From: Glaciecola sp.
GTDB taxonomy: Bacteria > Bacteroidota > Bacteroidia > Flavobacteriales_C > GCA-002722245
Direction: 5' to 3'
DNA length: 39,152 nt
NCBI GenBank assembly: GCA_047632015.1
Contig: JBLIBC010000002.1
Coordinates: 1 to 39,152, forward strand
In this document: positions 34,774 through 39,152 of the stretch, in pieces
How positions within the stretch are numbered: position 1 is the first letter of the stretch
How the letters are laid out: every line of letters starts with the position of its first letter
Translations under genes and position numbers: made by a program
The notes under the pieces: model-generated
Told to the model about the DNA's origin: nothing
The model's database searches: none
What the model saw: only the letters and a program-made list of their open reading frames with translations

Positions 34774-35778
34774 TTATTTTTCGGAGGAGAAAGACCCAAT
34801 GCTTACTTCCTTCATTTGTCCTTTTAGTTTCACATCATTCCCAATCATGGAATCGGAAATTACTTCGTTTTCAATTGAAGTATTTTCATACACGATGCTG
34901 TTTTTCAAAATGCTGTTGGTTACAGTACATCCAGCGCTTAAAGTGACATGTGGTCCAACTACAGAATTTTCAATTACTACACCTTCGCCAATCATACAAG
35001 GTTCAATAACTACGGAATTATTTAGTTTTAAGTCCGAGGCTACAATGTTGTCATCTTTAATGAATTCTAACACTCGTTGATTGGTGTAAACAGTTGCTGC
35101 ATAATTTCCACAATCTAACCATTCTTTCACTTGACCAGGAACAAACGTTGTTCCTTTAGCTTTTAAGTTTTCTAAGGCATTTGTCAACTGATATTCTCCA
35201 CCATCTTTGATGTCGTTATCAATTAAATACTGCAGTTCTTTTTTAAGTTGTGGACCGTCATTGATGTAATAAATTCCAATGATAGCGAGATCACTTACAA
35301 AATCTTTTGGCTTTTCAACAAAGTCTGTGATTTCATTTTTGTCGTTTAATTTTACAACTCCAAAAGCACTTGGATCGTCAATTTGTTGCACCCAAATGAT
35401 TCCATCTTGGTTTCCGTCTAATTTGAAATCAGCACGGAATAAAGTGTCAGCAAAGGCAATGATCACTGGACCATCTAACGCTTGTTGTGCACATAAAATA
35501 GCATGTGCTGTTCCAAGTGCCTCTGTTTGATAACAGATAGATCCTTTAGCTCCTAAGCTTTCGGCTACTTTTACTAAGTTTTCCTCCACTGCTTTTCCAA
35601 AACTAGGGCCTATGATAAATGCAATTTCTTCAATTTGCTCTTCACAAACACTAGCAATATCTTCTACTAATCTTTGAACAATTGGTTTTCCTCCTACTGG
35701 GATTAACGGTTTAGGAACAAGCATTGTGTGAGGTCTCATTCTTTTTCCCATTCCTGCCATTGGTACGATAATTTTCAT
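34774..35778 (-). CDS. Sugar-phosphate nucleotidyltransferase with a C-terminal left-handed beta-helix
   Basis: 334 aa. Motif MKIIVPMAGMGKRMRPHTMLVPKPLIPVGGKPIV, with hexapeptide-like repeats at the C-terminus. Confidence 0.85.
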   Translation of the reverse strand: MKIIVPMAGMGKRMRPHTMLVPKPLIPVGGKPIVQRLVEDIASVCEEQIEEIAFIIGPSFGKAVEENLVKVAESLGAKGSICYQTEALGTAHAILCAQQALDGPVIIAFADTLFRADFKLDGNQDGIIWVQQIDDPSAFGVVKLNDKNEITDFVEKPKDFVSDLAIIGIYYINDGPQLKKELQYLIDNDIKDGGEYQLTNALENLKAKGTTFVPGQVKEWLDCGNYAATVYTNQRVLEFIKDDNIVASDLKLNNSVVIEPCMIGEGVVIENSVVGPHVTLSAGCTVTNSILKNSIVYENTSIENEVISDSMIGNDVKLKGQMKEVSIGSFSSEK

Positions 35779-35820
35779 CTGATTGTAATTTTTAAGGTTA
35801 TTATATTTTTATTAAATCTT

Positions 35821-36255
35821 TTATTTTCCGGTGCTGCCAAATCCTCCAGCTCCTCTTTCTGTTTCATTAAGCGAACCAACAAGGGTCCAATTAGCCGTTT
35901 CGTGAGCCGCAATTACTAGTTGTGCAATTCTTTCCCCGTCTTTCACCTCAAAATTTTCAGAGGATAAGTTGATTAAAATAACACCTATATCGCCTCGGTA
36001 ATCTGCATCAACTGTTCCGGGTGTGTTCAGGACGGTGATACCATGTTTTAAGGCTAATCCACTTCTTGGTCGAACTTGCGCTTCATATCCAACTGGTAGT
36101 TCAATGGATAATCCAGTAGGAATTAATTTACGTTCCATGGGTTTTAGTACAATGCTTTCTGTGAGCATTGCGTTTAAATCCATTCCCGCAGACGCACTTG
36201 TTTTGTACTCAGGTAAAGGATGATTGGACTTGTTTACGATGTTAATGTCAACCAC
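35821..36255 (-). CDS. dut: dUTP diphosphatase
   Basis: 144 aa. Motifs [27 protein letters not shown] and a C-terminal [10 protein letters not shown]. Apparent GTG start. Confidence 0.93.
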   Translation of the reverse strand: MVDINIVNKSNHPLPEYKTSASAGMDLNAMLTESIVLKPMERKLIPTGLSIELPVGYEAQVRPRSGLALKHGITVLNTPGTVDADYRGDIGVILINLSSENFEVKDGERIAQLVIAAHETANWTLVGSLNETERGAGGFGSTGK

Positions 36256-36293
36256 AATTTTATGCTTTTCAGTTCAGTGATAAATGTAAGCAC

Positions 36294-36332
36294 AAAAAAA
36301 GGGAAAAGCATTTAAGCTTATCCCCTTTTTTT
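36294..36332 (-). terminator. Intrinsic terminator after the T9SS cargo gene 36370-37239
   Basis: GGGGAUAAGC / GCUUUUCCC stem with one mismatch, flanked by A7 and T7. Lies 38 nt downstream of that gene's stop and just upstream of dut. Confidence 0.7.
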
Positions 36333-36369
36333 AACAATGTATTGTGCTTTACTTGCTTTACATGAGTTC

Positions 36370-37239
36370 TTACTCAACAACTACCGACTGAGTGCTAACT
36401 CCATCGTTTGTCGTTAACTGAACAAAGTATAATCCTTTGCTTAATCCTGAAACATCAACGGACGTTTTAGTACCATCAAAAGCTAATGCTGCAACAACAC
36501 TTCCTAATGTATTAAGTACTTTAATAGTTCCGCTTGAAGCTCCTTCAATGTTAATTACAGAACTTGCTGGGTTTGGATATACACTAAACCCAGTACTTGC
36601 TTTAACATCAGATACTCCAACTGTAAAGTTAGTAGATTGCATTACCATTAATTTTGTTTTTTCTGAAGCATAAGCGGCTACTCTTCCATGTTCTAAAGTT
36701 TCCCAGTAGTAAGTAGTTTGTGCTGGGATTCCTCCAGTAATAGCTTCTTTAACTAAAAGAGCGTTATAAGTTCCCCAAGGAACAGTGATTGTTCCAGAAG
36801 AAATTACAGTCCCTGTAATGTTAACTGCAAGAAACCCTCCTACTGTTGAAGCGCTTACCCATGCCTCACCTTGTACGTGAGGTAATCCCATGTGTCCGGA
36901 CGTTGGGTCATCAGTAGCATTGTTCACGATACCAGCAAGAGAATAGTTCCCCGTTAGTGATTTATAATCTATATCTCCAGTAAGATCTGAAGTAATTTTC
37001 AAATCAGATATGGTTGATGATTCTACTTTTATTGTGTCGTCAGTTCCTGTTGTATAGCTTGAAAAGTCCCAAGTTTTACCAGTTCCTGCAGTAAAATCGA
37101 TTGACGTAGCATCAACATTATTCACTTTTGATGGCCACATGTTTCCAATGGTCCATTTTAAGTCGTCTTTAGTAATAGTTTGTGCATTTAGTACACTTGT
37201 GCCAGCTATCAAAGCTGCAAAAAGTAATTTTTTTTTCAT
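36370..37239 (-). CDS. T9SS-sorted secreted protein, paralogous to the N-terminal part of pseudogene 17992-19747
   Basis: 289 aa with a signal peptide (SVLNAQ). The motif FTAGTGKTWDFSSY resembles FDTTGASITWDYSGL in the pseudogene. C-terminal VYPNPASSVINI...GLYFVQL...SVVVE. Confidence 0.8.
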   Translation of the reverse strand: MKKKLLFAALIAGTSVLNAQTITKDDLKWTIGNMWPSKVNNVDATSIDFTAGTGKTWDFSSYTTGTDDTIKVESSTISDLKITSDLTGDIDYKSLTGNYSLAGIVNNATDDPTSGHMGLPHVQGEAWVSASTVGGFLAVNITGTVISSGTITVPWGTYNALLVKEAITGGIPAQTTYYWETLEHGRVAAYASEKTKLMVMQSTNFTVGVSDVKASTGFSVYPNPASSVINIEGASSGTIKVLNTLGSVVAALAFDGTKTSVDVSGLSKGLYFVQLTTNDGVSTQSVVVE

Positions 37240-37381
37240 TTTAATAAGTTATTAGATCGTTCAATATTCTATTTAGCCCTGCTAATATAAGAAAAAATGG
37301 TACAAATGATATAAGAGGGCAGTGTTGAAATCAACAACACAATATTGATTGAGTTTGAACTAGAATTTTTGAGGTAAAGTC

Positions 37382-38116
37382 TTAGTTTTTTGCCGAAGCA
37401 ATTTCAAGAATAAGCTCAGCGTTTTCCTCGAAAGCGTTACCGACTACCACGATGTCTGCACCTGCGTCATATAGAGATTTTGCTTTTTCAGCAGTTTTAA
37501 TACCACCTCCCACAATGATCGGGCAATCAACAGTTTTTCGTGTGGCAGCTACCATTTTATCAGGAACAGGATTCAACGCACCACTTCCGCCGTCTAAAAA
37601 CATAATCTTTAATCCGAGCATTTCACCAGCTAAAGCGGTGCATGCTGCTATTTGAGGTTTGTCACTTGGGATAGGAGAGGTATTACTTATATAAGATGCC
37701 GTGGTTGCTCTTCCGCTGTCAATTAACATGTATCCTGTTGATATAATTTCAAGACCACTAGCTTTTAATATTGGAGCAGCAGCTACGTGTTTTCCAATAA
37801 GTGTTTCAGGGTTCCTTCCTGAGATTAAAGAAAGTAATAAAATGGAATCGGCCTTGCTGTTTATTTGCTGAACTGTTCCTGGGAAAATTACAGTAGGGAT
37901 GTCACAGTTTTTTTGAATTATGTCCAAAGCTTTATCAAGGCAATCGTCAGCAATTAAACTACCCCCTAAAAAAAAGTAATCAACACCTGCTTTAACCGAT
38001 AATTGAATTTTGTGTTCAAGCAAGGAAAAATCCAAATTATCAGGGTCAATTAATACAGCTAATGATTTTTTATTAGCCTCATGTCCTTCAATTATTTTGT
38101 TATAAATACTGCCCAT
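37382..38116 (-). CDS. Geranylgeranylglyceryl / heptaprenylglyceryl phosphate synthase family protein (PcrB/GGGPS)
   Basis: 244 aa TIM-barrel pattern: LAVLIDPDN, FFLGGS, MFLDGGSG and the C-terminal GGGIKTAEKAKSLYDAGADIVVVGNAFEE, which matches PcrB/GGGPS. Confidence 0.85.
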   Translation of the reverse strand: MGSIYNKIIEGHEANKKSLAVLIDPDNLDFSLLEHKIQLSVKAGVDYFFLGGSLIADDCLDKALDIIQKNCDIPTVIFPGTVQQINSKADSILLLSLISGRNPETLIGKHVAAAPILKASGLEIISTGYMLIDSGRATTASYISNTSPIPSDKPQIAACTALAGEMLGLKIMFLDGGSGALNPVPDKMVAATRKTVDCPIIVGGGIKTAEKAKSLYDAGADIVVVGNAFEENAELILEIASAKN

Positions 38117-38249
38117 ACTTGTGCTAAAGTAGTGTTTATACTATTATGAGCTGTAAAAAAAGTTCAATTTATTTTGGGCTACTTTGCCCGATAAAATGGT
38201 AGATCGGTGCAAAAAACACTAAATGCATGTGTTTTATTTAGTTATACAC

Positions 38250-38280
38250 TTTGATAATGAGCTGTTAGTTAGTATTTTTG
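38250..38280 (+). promoter_or_regulatory. Candidate Bacteroidota promoter for ahcY
   Basis: TTTG at 38250-38253, a 19-nt spacer, then TATTTTTG at 38273-38280 (TAnnTTTG). The ATG lies 22 nt downstream. Confidence 0.45.
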
Positions 38281-38301
38281 CGCAAACAAAATTTAAAATT
38301 A

Positions 38302-39152
38302 TGAGTGAAGTAGCAACAGATAATTACAAGGTAGCAGACATTAGTCTTGCTGACTGGGGTAGAAAAGAAATATTATTAGCTGAGGCGGAAATGCCAGGTT
38401 TAATGTCTTTGAGAGAAGAATACGGTGATTCAAAACCATTAGCTGGATCAAGGATTGCAGGATGCTTACACATGACTATTCAAACGGCAGTTTTAATAGA
38501 AACATTAGTGGCTTTAGGTGCTGAGGTAACTTGGTCTTCTTGTAATATTTTTTCAACACAAGATCATGCTGCTGCTGCAATTGCTGCTACAGGAGTTCCT
38601 GTTTTTGCTTGGAAAGGATTAAGTGATGAAGATTTTGATTGGTGCATCGAAAAAACTTTAAAAGGTTTTAAAGACGGTAAAGCTTTAAATTTAATATTGG
38701 ATGATGGTGGTGATTTAACCAACATGGTTTTTGATAAATTTCCTGAATTAGTTGCTGACATCAAAGGATTGTCTGAAGAAACAACTACTGGTGTTCACAG
38801 GTTATTAGAAAGAGAAAAAAATGGAACTTTAGTAATGCCAGCAATCAACGTGAATGATTCGGTAACTAAATCCAAGTTTGATAACAAGTACGGATGTAGA
38901 GAATCTTTAGTGGATGGTATCCGTAGAGCTACTGATGTGATGATGGCAGGAAAAGTTGCTGTTGTTGCAGGATTTGGAGATGTTGGAAAAGGTTCAGCTG
39001 AATCATTAAGAGGTGCTGGAGCAAGAGTTATTGTAACTGAAATTGATCCAATTTGTGCTTTACAAGCTGCAATGGAAGGTTTCGAAGTGAAAAGCATGGA
39101 CAAGGCTATTTTGGAAGCTGACATCGTTGTTACTACTACAGGAAACTATAAC
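38302..39152 (+). CDS. ahcY: Adenosylhomocysteinase, N-terminal ~283 codons (3' end outside the window)
   Basis: Open to the window edge, so absent from the ORF track. Translation [35 protein letters not shown]...[16 protein letters not shown]...[10 protein letters not shown]...[10 protein letters not shown]...[10 protein letters not shown] is a clear AhcY match. Confidence 0.95.

Noticed and set aside
38117-38301. SAH riboswitch or another leader structure upstream of ahcY
   Set aside because: With a promoter-like TTTG-N19-TATTTTTG at 38250-38280, only about 15-20 nt of 5' UTR remain. The upstream hairpins (GGGC/GCCC within about 38176-38190, and AAAACAC/GTGTTTT at 38213-38235) are short, AT-rich and show no pseudoknot-type SAH motif.
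38564-39124. Minus-strand ORFs of 66 and 109 aa
   Set aside because: They are antisense shadows of the clearly homologous ahcY coding frame. Their Ala/Ser/Thr-rich translations arise from complementary GCN/NGC codons.
1-39152. CRISPR arrays, rRNA/tRNA genes, transposases, integrases, reverse transcriptases, toxin-antitoxin pairs
   Set aside because: Reading both strands showed no regularly spaced direct repeats, no rRNA-like segments, no cloverleaf-compatible sequence, and no ORF with recombinase, transposase or RT motifs.

Overview
AT-rich chromosomal segment from a Bacteroidota bacterium, probably Flavobacteriia-like. Support for that placement: four proteins end in type IX secretion (T9SS) C-terminal sorting domains, several genes are preceded by TAnnTTTG-type -7 boxes, start codons lack Shine-Dalgarno sequences, and the gene order dut / nucleotidyltransferase / TPR / DUF4292 / EnvC-like is the one I recall as conserved in Flavobacteriia. 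Most of the window is housekeeping: ispD (partial), hflK-hflC, thrA-thrB, dapA, a class A PBP, dut, a PcrB/GGGPS-family prenyltransferase and ahcY (partial). Between these lie accessory envelope genes: a GH18 chitinase-like T9SS cargo, a vWA-like secreted protein, a porin plus exported FMN-binding protein pair, a PKD-repeat T9SS cargo, and a small UDP-GalNAcA-type (TviB/GalE/TviC-like) sugar cassette with a CpsB phosphatase and a DUF2079 membrane protein. I found no CRISPR array, rRNA, tRNA, transposase, integrase or recognisable defence or toxin-antitoxin genes. The points most worth follow-up: (1) a translationally coupled envelope trio of TPR lipoprotein, DUF4292 lipoprotein and a LytM factor with a degenerate active site; (2) a perfect 24-bp inverted repeat bracketing a 113-bp core between the nuclease gene and thrA; (3) the porin / FMN-binding pair; (4) two terminators not explained by the tracked ORFs, one behind a 49-codon acidic ORF and one orphan in a divergent intergenic region; (5) a roughly 550-bp ORF-poor leader ahead of the sugar cassette carrying phased palindromic boxes and an (AC) repeat; (6) three independently disrupted genes. 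None of these is demonstrably a new system from sequence alone, and every functional interpretation is labelled as inference.
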